Source: Octopus sinensis
Taxonomy: Eukaryota
Length of the DNA: 64,000 nt
NCBI RefSeq assembly: GCF_006345805.1
Contig: NC_043006.1
Coordinates: forward strand, 51,398,001 to 51,462,000
Direction: 5' to 3'
The notes below the pieces were generated by a model, which saw only the letters and a program-made list of their open reading frames with translations, searched no databases and was not told the origin of the DNA. Positions 12,396 through 23,992 of the stretch are shown in pieces. Position numbers and translations under genes: made by a program. Positions within the stretch are counted from its first letter, which is position 1. Every line of letters starts with the position of its first letter.

Positions 12396-12688
12396 TTAAC
12401 TCACAGAATGTAACCTCTTTTATATAGTCTGACTTTTTCTGACATGATGGTTAATCTAAATGTTGATTTATATAACACAAATTTACAGTATTTTTATCCA
12501 CTTGAGAAAGACAGGATAGTCATGGCTTGGATGTCTTTCATCATAGATCTACTCAATTGATGCTGACCAAGGGCTAAAAACAATAGCCACTCATGAGTCA
12601 TGGTTTATTTCACCTTTACCTCCCTTCCATTTTCCCATGAGATTCAAAGGTTCTGGAATGTTCATGGACTCCTCCTTCTCCTCTTCTC

Positions 12689-12807
12689 CTCACCACCACC
12701 AACACAACCACAACCACCACCACAACCACCACCATCACCACCACCACCACCACCACCACCACCACCACCACCACAACCACCATCACCACCACCATCACCA
12801 CCACCAC
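12689..12807. repeat. (CAC)n/(CAA) trinucleotide microsatellite
   Basis: Direct reading. Generates spurious poly-H, poly-P and poly-V ORFs. Confidence 0.95.
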
Positions 12808-13446
12808 TGCTCATCTCCACTCCCCTGACTAAGTTATACAAAATTCTCAGAGAGAATAAAAGGCAAAGTTGACATCAGTAGGATTTTGAAACTAGAGCAT
12901 TAAGTGTTGTGACAGGAATGCTGTTAGTCATTTAATCTGACAACCATTTCTGCAGCCATTGTAATACTTACTAGTAACCTATACATCTATTGATAAAACT
13001 TTTAAGTTGTAAACAAACAATTATGAGATAACTAAGATATATATTTGATAGTTAAATTCATGTTAATATATGTTATATTGAAATATGCTAACACTAATTT
13101 TTTAAATATGTAGAATATTTTTTAATTTCTTAAAATGTTTATAATGATAACACTAATTTTAATTAAAAATATGGAGGTAAAAGACAACATTAGCTCAATG
13201 ACTAATACCATTTTAGTCATTTTAGGAAGTACAATAAACTTTTAAATGTCTTATTAAATCTCCTCAGTAAAGCGTAAACTTCACCATATTTATCAGAGTA
13301 GTGATAAGAAGATCTCATCACCGATTTGGTAAGAAAGTTTACTTAAATTCAACTACAATACGAAACACAAAATCAGATGTCAAATGTATTTAATTCTTGA
13401 ATATGAGACTGTGAAGGTCTGGAAATGTCAAGTATGAATTTAGGAA

Positions 13447-13463
13447 CTTTATTGTTTCAAATC

Positions 13464-13520
<57 letters not shown>

Positions 13521-13852
13521 TGAGAAAATATGCAAAAATCTAAAATAGAAAAGTTAAAATTTGAGCACAATCATGTATTTAAATGAAATATGTGTGTGTG
13601 CATGTGTGTGTGTGTGTGTGTGTATGTATGTGCTTATGTATATATGTATGTATGTATGTATGTATATATGTATATATGTATGTATGTATGTATGTATTTA
13701 TATATGTATTTGTGTGTATATATGTGTGTATGTATGTATGTATGTATGTATGTATGTATGTATATATGTATGTATGTATGTGTGTATGTGTGTATGAATG
13801 TATGTATGTATTTATATATGTATGTATGTGTGTATGTATGTATTTATGTATG
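13447..13852. repeat. Compound (TA)n / (TG)n / (ATGT)n microsatellites
   Basis: Direct reading. Similar tracts at ~14055-14140, 18705-18811, 24115-24165, 37230-37545, 47505-47570 and 57187-57223. Confidence 0.95.
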
Positions 13853-14051
13853 CTAATATTGAACAACAAGAATGGGTGCTCAAAACAACATTGGTGGATA
13901 AATATTCTTTATTTGTGGATTAACAAGGCAACCATTGGTTTCATGCTAAGATAAAATTTCCTAGCAATTATCAAGCCTGCCACATGGGATGTTATTCTAT
14001 ATGAGTAGGTGGGCAGAAAGAAAATGTTTGATGGATATATAACATGTATGA

Positions 14052-14086
<35 letters not shown>

Positions 14087-15015
14087 CTCTCTCTCTCTTT
14101 CTCTCTCTCTCTATATATATATACACACACACACATATATATGTATATATAACACTCACATGCACATATACATGTATGTTCTATATCTCTTTTCAATTTA
14201 GAGTTAATTTTAACTAGTCACCTGCTTGGTAACAAGGTTGCAAAAGAAAGCAGCTTGTTTTGTTAATCATCCTTTAAATCTTAAGGTCTTGTAGCCTTTT
14301 GTAGTCCCAGATTTCGTAATCATTTGTAGTGTATGAATTAACGAGTTGGGCACTCTCTCCAAGAACCAAAGTTTAGCCATACTTTGCTCCAGATAGGTTG
14401 GTGCATATATTGTTGCTCCAATAATAATAGGTTTGTACATGTACATGTGTGTGTGTCTGTGTATGTGTGTGTGTGTTATAAGTTGTCATTTCACCACTTT
14501 GTATGAAACTACCTGAGCCTAAAACAGTATCATTGTTTAAATTCCTGGTGAACTTTGTACCCTGTAGTACTTCAGTTTATTAGTTTTGTGGTATGATATA
14601 ATGTTGCCTGAAAAACAAGTATAGGTTAGTTACATAAAGTGTATCTACCTAAAAAATACTGCTTTAAATAAATATTCAGCCACCTTAAGACTAGCATAAA
14701 ACGATACATATAAAATAAAAGACTAAAATAGAAAAATTTCTATTTGTAAATAGCTTTCAAAGTGATGACTGCCACGTTATGTTGGCAAATAATCTTTCCT
14801 CTAAAATACTGTTACTGAATGTCTCTCATTGAGAGATTTACAAATAGAAATTTTCTATTCCATTAGATCAGTGACCATGTGTCACTTTGAAAACTATATA
14901 TTTCAAACAAGAATTTGGCAGGCTTTTTTGTTTTTTATTGATAGTTTGCTACTGCCAAGGTTATGTGGGTTCATTCCGTGTGTTAGCATCGGTTATTGTT
15001 TTATTGTTTTATTAT

Positions 15016-15250
15016 AAGGCAGTGAGCTGGCAGAATCGTTAGCACGCCGGGCGAAATGCTTAGTGGTATTTCGTCTGCTACTACGTTCTGGGTTCAAATT
15101 CCGCCAAGGTCGACTTTGCCTTTCATCCTTTCGGGGTCGATTAAATAAGTACCAGTTACGCACTGGGGTCGATATAATTGACTTAATCCGTTTGTCTGTC
15201 CTTGTTTATCCCCTCTGTGTTTAGCTCCTTGTGGGTAGTAAAGAAATAGG
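15016..15250 (+). mobile_element. tRNA-derived SINE, family B
   Basis: aaggc..gagctggcagaatcgttagc..ggttcaaattcc head, ctttcatcctttcggggtcga core, aaagaaata tail. Confidence 0.9.
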
Positions 15251-15328
15251 TTATTGTTTTATTTTTGTGTGGCGTTGCAGGGATTTTTTGTGGGGGAAGC
15301 CCCCCCCCCCGCAACAGTTTGAGGAGGG

Positions 15329-16400
15329 ATGGCGGAGGCTTGTTTGGATGTGAGTGGGTCAGAGGTGTCATGTTCAGAACTGTCGTCGTCTGAGGGGGAG
15401 CTGGTGGAGGCTGTAATGAGGATGGACAGAGCTATGAAAGAGAAAGCTTCTGTGAAAGTGGCAGAAGTGCCAGGAAGGAAAGTGGGCCTCAAAACTTTGA
15501 AAAATTATGAAAAAGTGCTAGAAAGGGAAGTTGGTGACGTGAAGTTGTCACCACCACAGAAAGTGCTGAGTGAAGTGGAAGAAGGGAAGATTGTATACAA
15601 GGTTTGTTCTGTCAAGGAGAGGGGGTTACAGAATGAACAGACGGATGAAGTTGAAAGGGCATTGGGGCCTGTCTGGCAAGACGTAATGTCTTGCGAGAGG
15701 AAGCCAATATGGCACTGTCGAGGTGTGTTTTGGGAACAAGGTGAAAGTGGGAGAAAACTCAACAAAGTCGATGAAGGCGGAAAGGGTGACCCTTCTACCC
15801 ATGTGCCTTGGAGGAGGAACTTCCAAAGTCGGGGTGTAGGGAGTCCCCCCCTGAAATAGACGTGGCTTGGGTAGTGGCGGCTGTGCTACTAGGAAGCCAG
15901 GAAAAGGTCATCGCACTCCAAGCCACTAGTTGGCACGGTGTTATCTTGGAACTAATAATGCAGAGTAGGGTGGAAAACTTGGAGTTGCTCATGGAAGCAG
16001 TGGCGGTTGAAGAGGCGGTGATGAAAGTGTGGGTAGAGGGCAGACTCCCTCGCTGCTATAAATGTGGTCATAAAGACCACATTAGAGCAGACTTCCTCTG
16101 AAAGATGAGCCAACCCAGGAAGGGGCAGAGAGGGAACCAGAAGGGATAGAAGAAGGAAGTGACAAGGATGGATGAAAGGATATGGGAGGAAGGCAGAGGA
16201 GGGGGAGGAAGGACAGCTTAAGTGGGCCACACCCTGTGCCCACCACACCCTTGTCCTATCAACCCCACCCTCTCCCTGCAGACACTGAACCCACCTATTC
16301 CCCTGCAGACACCGAACCCACCCATTCCCCTCTGACATAAGGAGAAGGGGAACAGCAGTCATACAAGGAACCACAAGACGACCTTCCCACTTGTTTTGTT
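15329..16400 (+). mobile_element. ORF1/gag-only retroelement relic (L1/Tx1-type ORF1 with zinc knuckle)
   Basis: ORFs 15329-15859 and 15808-16101, joined by a frameshift, give ..GTVEVCF..LLPMCLG..GVPPEIDVAW..VEGRLPRCYKCGHKDHIRAD (CX2CX4H knuckle with the last Cys lost). No RT sequence follows. Confidence 0.7.
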
Positions 16401-17417
16401 TGTGCTTTATTGAAGGGTGTAAGGGGGATGTGGTGGATGGGTTGGTACAGTGGAAGGGTGTGGAGAGATGGACATGAGGGGAATGAGAAAATGAAAAATA
16501 GTTTTAGGCGCATTGGTGCCGGAATGCAGAATGAAAGTAGTTAGAGACTGTAAAGAAAGTGCGGAATGCAGGAAAATGGTGTTCAACACAAATGAGGTAC
16601 CAGACGAAATAGACTATTATAAATTACTGGATTTATACGGTATTAACTTTAATTGAATATGTGTTAGCTTAAGAAAAAGAACGATACAAAAAGGAACAAA
16701 AAATAAAGGAAAAGATGGTAAGAACATTTGATTTAATTTTATAAAAACGCTTTTGTTGAAAATAGGCTTGAAAGAAAAAAGGAGGTCATGGTTTTGTCTC
16801 AGAGCGGGACTGAGATAGTCATCTCATATCATTGTACTATATTCATTTTCACTTGTTGCTTGTCCCTTGCATGTCTATGTATGTCCCCTCTGTGTATCGG
16901 CCATGTGCCTAGAATAAAGAATAAACCTCTGGCTGAACAGTTATTCTGTGCTGATGAAGGGAGATAACCCAGAAATCATGATATAGATATTTTGTGCTGG
17001 AGTGGGGATGCTAAACTCCCTAGTTCGAAAATATAAGGACACAGATAGTGCATCATATACCCAGCTGGAGACAATGTTTCCTGGGGATAAATAACAGTAA
17101 TATTCGACTGCCACGTTATTTTGGCAAATAATCTTTACTCTAAATTTACTTAATCCATTAGAATTAGATTTCTGTCTATTCTTAAAAGTAAGTGGTCCAT
17201 GACATGTTTCTTAATTGTATTCTCTGTCAAACCTATATATGTATGATTTTTAGCTAAAATTTTAGGTGTCATACCTGCAAGAAGGTAATGATAGACTATA
17301 ATATAATATTGTTATATGCATTCTGATATATAATCACACAGAAAGGTATGGGTAGAAATAAATAAGATTAGAAAAAAAAATCTCTCTCTCCTGATCCCCC
17401 CCCCCCACACATTCTTT

Positions 17418-17635
17418 GATCCTTTTATTTGTTTCAGTCGTTTGATTGTGGCCATGCTGGAGCACCACCTTTAGTCAAACAAACCAATACCAGAACTTAT
17501 TCTTTGTAAGCCTAATACTTATTCTATTGATCACTTTTGTCAACCTGCTAAGTTACAAGAACAAAAACACACCAACATCAGCTGTCAAGCATTGGTGAGG
17601 GGACAAACACAGACATACAAATACATACATACATC
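17418..17635 (-). mobile_element. SINE family A, 3' half
   Basis: Reverse complement of the family A tail. Confidence 0.8.
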
Positions 17636-17735
17636 TTTTGCAATTGACCTCATGGACTTTCTGGGATTGTAATCAATGGTCTGTTAAACTTGCTGGATAA
17701 TTTCAGGTGTTCTGATGATTTTGGAACGTTTAGAA

Positions 17736-18204
17736 TATAATAATAATAATAATGAAATTATTGTATACAGTGCTCAGGTGCACCACAACTTATCAGAAAG
17801 TGCATATAAAGTACGTGCAGTAATGTAGAAATGTCTGGAAAGTGAACAGTGTATGAGTTAGATACATACTTGTGTGTGTATGGAGGGGAGAAAAATCAAG
17901 TGTAGTGTTGGCGAATCTCAGGAAGCATGGAAGTTTTGAAGGATGCAGTGCTCCGACAACTAACAACCGATGCCGGCAGCTTGTTCCATGCTTCAGCAAC
18001 TCTCAGCGTGAAAAAATGTTTCCTGAAGTCATGGGAGCTGTGCTGTTTTCTTACTTTGTAAATATGTCCACGGGTGTTAGATGGGTGGAGTTTGAAGAGG
18101 TGCTCAGTGTTATTGTTTGTGCGATGGTTGATTATTTTATGGGTGTCTGCCAAGTCAGCTGCCAGACATCAGAGTTTCAATGTGTCCATGTCCAGGGAAG
18201 TAAG
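17736..18204 (-). mobile_element. CR1 LINE 3' fragment
   Basis: Near-identical to 21787-22240; (ATT)n tail and 3' stem-loop present. Confidence 0.95.
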
Positions 18205-18478
18205 AAGTAGAATGCTTTTTATGCTTTGATACTGGTGATACATTTACATCATCAGTCTCTAACTCCTTACAAATTTTGTAGACGAAAAATGTGTCAACTT
18301 TTAAAAATCGAGATATTTCGACTTTTATAACCACAATAGGAGCATGCCTCTTAATTTCTGGAGTAAACTTAGGGTCTGCCATTATTATTTTCTGAAAGAA
18401 AGATTATACAGAGTGAGCAAAAAATGCAGCAATGACCCAAAAAAGGTATGTCCTCAAATACCTTACACATCCTGTATA
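18205..18478 (-). mobile_element. Tc1/mariner (maT-like) 5' fragment
   Basis: KRHA..VVIK..ISRFLKV..FVYKI.KEL is an HTH-like N-terminus. Terminal tatacaggatgtg on the minus strand. Confidence 0.65.
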
Positions 18479-18530
18479 GATATATGTGTATGTGTGTGTG
18501 TGTGTGTGTGTGTATATCATATATATATAT

Positions 18531-18704
18531 CATCATCATCGTTTAACGTCCGTTCTCCATGCTAGCATGGGTTGGACGGTTCGACCGGGGATCTGGGAAG
18601 CCAAAAGACTGCACCAGGCTCCGGTCTTTTCTGGCAAAGTTTCTACAGCTGGATGCCCTTCCTAACGCCAACCACTCCGTGAGTGTAGTGGGTGCTTTTT
18701 ACGT
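18531..18704 (-). mobile_element. RTE-X 3' tail fragment, inverted relative to the adjacent LINE
   Basis: Reverse-complement homolog of ~20770-20945, with (GAT)n terminus. Confidence 0.9.
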
Positions 18705-18712
18705 ATATATAT

Positions 18713-18746
<34 letters not shown>

Positions 18747-18773
18747 GTATATGTATATATATATGTATATGTA

Positions 18774-18811
<38 letters not shown>

Positions 18812-18815
<4 letters not shown>

Positions 18816-20948
18816 GAGAGAGAGTTAGCTTAGATGAGATGCAGTTTGGGTTTGTGCCAGGGAAAAGTACCACTGATGCTATATTCCTGGTAAGACAGCT
18901 GCAGGAGAAATACCTAGCCAAAGATAAGCCCCTGTACCTGGCTTTTGTTGACATGGAGAAAGCCTTCAACAGGGTCCCCCGATCTCTTATCTGGTGATCA
19001 ATGAGGGAACTAGGGATAGATGAATGGTTAGTGAGAGCTGTGCGAGCCATGTACAGGGACGCTGCTAGTAAGGTGAGGGTTGGCAACGAGTACAGTGAAG
19101 AATTCTGGGTAGAGGTTGGGGTCCACCAAGGTTCAGTCCTCAGTCCCCTCCTATTTATCATAGTCCTCCAGGCAATAATGGAGGAATTCAAGATAGGATG
19201 CCCCTGGGAGCTCCTCTATGCTGATGACCTTGCTCTAATTGCTGAGTCACTATCAGAACTGGAGGAGAAGTTTCAGGTGTGGAAGCAAGGTTTAGAATCG
19301 AAGGGCCTTAGAATCAACCTAGCCAAAACCAAAGTCCTAATAAGTAGGAAGGTAGATCAATCACAAACGCTTTCACGTAGATGGCCCTGCTCGATCTGTA
19401 AAAAAGGCATAGGTAGAAACTCTATAAGGTGCACCAAGTGTAAGCTATGGACACATAAGAGGTGCAGCAATGTCAAAGGAAGGCTAACTAGGAAAATAGT
19501 TTTTGTCTGTGGCAGATGCTCAGGAGCAATAAACACTGAAAATGTGCAGAGACCAACTTCTACCATGTTCCAGGGAGAAAAACTAGAAGTAGTTGATAGC
19601 TTCCGCTACCTAGGTGACCAAGTCAGTAGCGGGGGTGGGTGTGCTGAAAGTGTAACTGCTAGAGTAAGAATAGCTTGGGCAAGTTTAGAGAGCTCTTACC
19701 CCTGCTGGTGACAAAAGGCCTCTCGCTCAGAGTAAAAGCAGACTGTATGATGCATGTGTACATACAGCCATGCTATATGGTAGTGAAACATGGGCTGTGA
19801 CTGCTGAGGATATGCATAGGCTCGCAAGAAATGAAGCCTGTATGCTCCGATGGATGTGTAATGTCAGTGTTCATAATCGACAGAGTGTAAGTACCTTAAG
19901 AGAAAAGTTGGACCTAAGAAGCATCAGTTGTGGTGTGCAAGAGATACGTTTGTGCTGGTATGGTCATGTGACGAGAATGGCTGAAGATAGTTGTGTGCAA
20001 AAGTGCCACACCCTAGCAGTTGAGGGAACTTATGGAAGAGGTAGACCCAGGAAAAGCTGGGACAAGGTAGTGAAGCACGACCTTCGAACTTTAGGTCTCA
20101 CCAAGGAAATGACTAGAGACCGAGACCTATGGAAGTATGCTGTGCATGAGAAGACCCGGCAAGACTAGTGAGACCATAACCCATGGCCTCTACCTGGTAT
20201 GTAGCCAGTCGACTTATACATACCTTTCCTTCTTGGGACACAAAACTCCACTTGTGAAGACCCGTTGAGGCAAGTGAAAATCAAAATCAAAATCAAAATC
20301 AAACCAAATCAAATCAGATATCAGAAAGCAGAACCAAAATTGAAGTCGATCAACATCAATGGAAATTGCAGCTGTGATACCAGTGCCAGTGACAAGTAAG
20401 TGAACCATCCGATCGTGGCCGTTACCAGCACCGCCCCGACTGGCCTCCGTGCCAGTGGCACGTAAAAAGCACCATCCATTCGTGGCCATTGCCAGCCTCG
20501 CCTGGCCCCCGTGCCAGTGACACGTAACACCATCCGTTCGTGGCCGTTGCCAGCCTCGCCTGGCCCCTGTGCCAGTGACACGTAAAAGGACCATGCATTC
20601 GTGGCCGTTGCCAGCTTCGCCTGGCCCCCGTGCTGGTGGCACATGAAAAGCACCATCCAATCGTGGCCGTTGGCAGCCTTGCCTGGCCCCCGTGCCGGTG
20701 GCACGTAAAAAGCACCATCCGTCCGTGGCCGTTTGCCAGCTCCATCTGGCACCTGTGCGAATGGCACGTAAAAAGCACCCACTACACTCACGGAGTGGTT
20801 GGCGTTAGGAAGGGCATCCAGCCATAGAAACACTGCCAGATCAGACTGGGCCTGATGCAGCCTTCTGGCTTCACAGACCCCAGTTGAACCGTCCAACTCA
20901 TGCTAGCATGGAAAGCGGACGCTAAATGATGATGATGATGATGATGAT
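18812..20948 (+). mobile_element. 5'-truncated RTE-X LINE (RT, Cys-rich finger, tandem-repeat 3' UTR, (GAT)n tail)
   Basis: QFGFVPGKSTTDAIF, FVDMEKAF, GVHQGSVLSP, YADD, CSIC..IRC..C..WTH.RC..C.RC, LYGSETW, WYGHV. One TGA at ~18996 and a frameshift at ~19690. Confidence 0.95.
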
Positions 20949-21059
20949 ATATATATGTATGTATAAATATATATGAAATATCTGTTTACCTGTATGCATG
21001 CATGCATATATGCATGTATGTATGTATGTATGTATGCATGCATGCATTCATGCATGTAT

Positions 21060-23956
21060 ACAGAGTGTGATGGGTAAATTGTTGTCATTTTATAATTTAA
21101 ATTTCGTGCATGTGCAGTGTTTGCTTTTGATTTTATTGATTACACAGTATAGTAGAGTCAGTTGGGCATGATCTGTGAGAAAAAAAAATTCCATGATGCA
21201 ATTCACTCTGCCAAAAATTTGGAAACGACCTGCTGTACTGCTTGGCATTCATGCCGGAAGCTCCAATACGAACATTTCAGGACAGTGCAGAAGATTTGGA
21301 AAGAGTTGAATGAGCTTAATGGTGATTACAAAGGTACAGCAGCTTGAAAAATTCAATCTGATCGTTCTGATAAGAAAAGAACTGAATTTGTTGGTGAGAT
21401 CTAGGTCATGACTGACAACAATCCCTCCAAGTCAATCATGTCTATCGCTAGGGGCATGGGAATGTCTTAGTTTCTTATCAGGCAGGTAGTGCATAAAGAC
21501 ATTCAGTATTCCTCATACAAGATGAGAAAGGGCCAATTTTTATCCCAAGCCATTGAGGACAAGAGGAAAAACTGTGCTACGAAGCTTTTGAACAAACTCA
21601 AGCATTCACTCCAATTGAAAATGCTTTGGTTTTTCTCAGACGAAAAAATTTTCTGCCAGGATCAGATGGTGAGTACAGAGAGCAACAGTTGGCTTTCCAT
21701 GTCCCCAAAACATGTACCGAGTGTGATAAAAATCAAGAATCCATTCAACCTCATGTTGTTTAGAGTGATCACTAGTGATGGCGACATTATAATAATAATA
21801 ATAATAACGAAATTATTGTATACAGTGCTCAGGTGCACCACAACTTGTCAGAAAGTGCATATAAAGTACATGCAGTAATGTAGAAATGTCTGGAAAGTGA
21901 ACATGCTTGTGTGTGTATGGAGGGGAGAAAATCAAGTGTAGTGTTGGCGAATCTCAGGAAGCATGGAAGTCTTGAAGGATGCAGTGCTCCGACAACTAAC
22001 AACCGATGCCGGCAGTTTGTTCCATGCTTCAGCAACTCTCAGCGTGAAAAAATGTTTCCTGAAGTCATGGGAGCTATGCTGTTTTCTGACTTTGTAAATA
22101 TGTCCACGGGTGTTAGATGGGTGGAGTTTGAAGAGGTGCTCAGTGTTATTGTTTGTGCGACGGTTGATAATTTTATGGGTGTCTGCCAGGTCAGCTGCCA
22201 GACGTCGGAGTTTCAATGTGTCCATGCCCAGGGAAGTAAGGCGTTCAGAATATGGCAAATGCCTGATGGAGGGTATTCTTTTGGTTGCACGTCGCTGAAC
22301 AGCTTCCAGACGATTGATGTCCTGGGCAAGATAGGGGTTCCAGACTGGTGATGCAAATTCCAGGTGAGGTCTTACCATAGCTATATAAAGCCGCAGATAG
22401 ATAGCCGGAGAGCGGCTCACAAAGGATTTGGTGAGTGATGCCAAGACACCGTCAGCCTTCTTGACAATTTTGGCGATGTGTTTTGTCCAACGCAAATCAC
22501 TGTCGACAATAACACCCAGGTCACGTTCACTTGAAGACTTTTTGAGACTAGTGTTGTGGAGGGAGTAGGTGGACGCTGGGTTTCTCCTCCCAAAATGCAT
22601 GGTGGTACATTTGTCCACAGCCAGCTTGAGTTGCCAGTCCATGATCCACTGCTGCATTGTGTCCAGGTCTGCTTGCAATAGAGATCCATAGTGTATAGGA
22701 TTTGACCTCTTTATTTCGAGGTACATCTTGATGTCATCTGCATATTTCAGCACTGTGACATTCTTTAAGTTGGCATCTATGTCATTAACATATGCAACAA
22801 ATAAAAGGGGGCCAAGAACAGATCCCTGCGGCACACCAGATGTCATCTCATAGGGCGCAGAGTGCTGTCCTAGAACTGTGACAACCTCTTTTCGGCCGAA
22901 AATAAAGGACTTTAACCAGTTATAGAGTTCGTCTCTTACACCCAACGCAGAAAGCTTCACCATAAGTCTTTTGTGTGGCACAGAGTTAAAAGCCTTAGCA
23001 AAGTCCAGGTAAACAACATCCACCCAGGATCCGCAATCAGTGATTTGGGTAACATCCTCAAGAAACTCGATGAGTTGATTACAGCAGCTGGAGTTAGGAA
23101 TAAATCCGAATTGTGACGGCTGGATGAGGCTGTGAGACTTCCAGAAGTTCCAGAGGGTTTCTCTGATACAGGATTCCATCAGTTTGGCGATGCAGCTGGT
23201 AAGACTGACGGGGCGATAGTTGACAGGCGATGTGCGGTCGCCTTTTTTGAACAGAGGGATGACACTGGCAGTTTTCCACTGTTCTGGAGTAACACCATTG
23301 TCAAGACAGAATTGGAAGAATAGAGAAAGTTGGCTTAGAAGAAAGTACCCACCGCGTTTGAGAAGTAGGTATGTAACACCATCGAGACCAGGAGAGCCAT
23401 AATTGCGTTTATGCCTCCATTCATCTTCCCACACATCCTCAGACTCGACACAGAGGCCTACATCAAATGCCTGGAGGAGGAAGTGTTGCTCTGGGTCATG
23501 AGGGTGGCTGCTGGAAGACTCTATGTCTGGTATTAGACTCTGCACCTTGCCACACAAACAGGAGAACCCAGTCATAGCTGTCAGATAATTTAAGTAACCA
23601 CATCACACCTAACATCTGGCCACCTAATTCCCCAGACTGAAATCCCCTTGATGTGTGGGATGCAGTTGAGTGAGAGACCAACAGAACTCCTTGTAACACC
23701 AAATATGAACTGAAGGCAAGGATTATGGCAGCATTCACCAACTTAAACACGGAGACTATCCAGAAGAGCTGCAGGACATTCCGAAGTTGTCTGGAGGCCA
23801 TGGTTGAAGCCAAGGGTAATTCTATTGAATAAATTTACTGCTTAGTATTTCAGGATATTTTTATGCAATTTTGGTCAATATATCTGTTAAAATGAGGTGC
23901 CAGTGTTATTTTAATTTTTGCATAAATTAGATGACAGTTTATGCACCGCTCCCTGT
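21060..23956 (+). mobile_element. Decayed DD37D (maT-like) Tc1/mariner transposon interrupted by a CR1 copy
   Basis: WFFSDEK..Q..SDGD, then after the insert MPPFIFP..DSAPCH..WPPNSPD*NPLD, with 37 residues between the second and third Asp. tatacag..ctgtata termini. Confidence 0.85.
21787..23410 (-). mobile_element. 5'-truncated CR1 LINE with uninterrupted RT
   Basis: About 490 open codons from KRNYGSPG to EIRQHYT*, including YLDFAKAF and YADD. (ATT)n tail at 21787-21808. Confidence 0.95.
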
Positions 23957-23961
23957 ATATA

Positions 23962-23992
<31 letters not shown>

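Larger units (their letters stand above)
8424..12400 (-). mobile_element. Near-full-length CR1-clade LINE (ORF1 + APE-RT ORF2 + 3' stem-loop + (TTA)n tail)
   Basis: APE motifs LNARS, VTETW, GGGV, YRPP, GDFN, SDH; RT motifs YLDFAKAF, GVPQGSVLGP, YADD; 3' stem-loop AGTGC-acctga-GCACT; (ATT)n tail at 8424-8447. Confidence 0.95.

Noticed and set aside
12600-12872. Poly-His, poly-Pro and poly-Val ORFs
   Set aside because: Translations of a (CAC)n microsatellite with no flanking domain or splice support.
13561-14196. Cys/Met/Tyr/Val- and His/Thr-rich ORFs (also 46258-47177, 37104-37343, 51970-52394)
   Set aside because: TA/TG/ATGT simple repeats lack stop codons, which creates artefactual ORFs.
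14762-14818. C/D-box snoRNA-like GTGATGA..CTGA
   Set aside because: Only 57 nt, no terminal stem, no recognisable rRNA guide, and the duplicate at 17106 lacks both boxes.
18692-18812. N-terminal extension of the RTE ORF (YIYIYI..)
   Set aside because: It is the (TA)n target microsatellite read in frame by chance.
20400-20780. CRISPR-like repeat array
   Set aside because: Units are contiguous with no unique spacers, lie in a LINE 3' UTR of a eukaryote, and no cas genes are present.
20214-20896. ORFs in RTE tails (also 28374-28779, 33102-33447, 34599-35060, 59737-60115)
   Set aside because: GC-rich tandem 3' UTR units read in several frames; non-coding in the LINE context.
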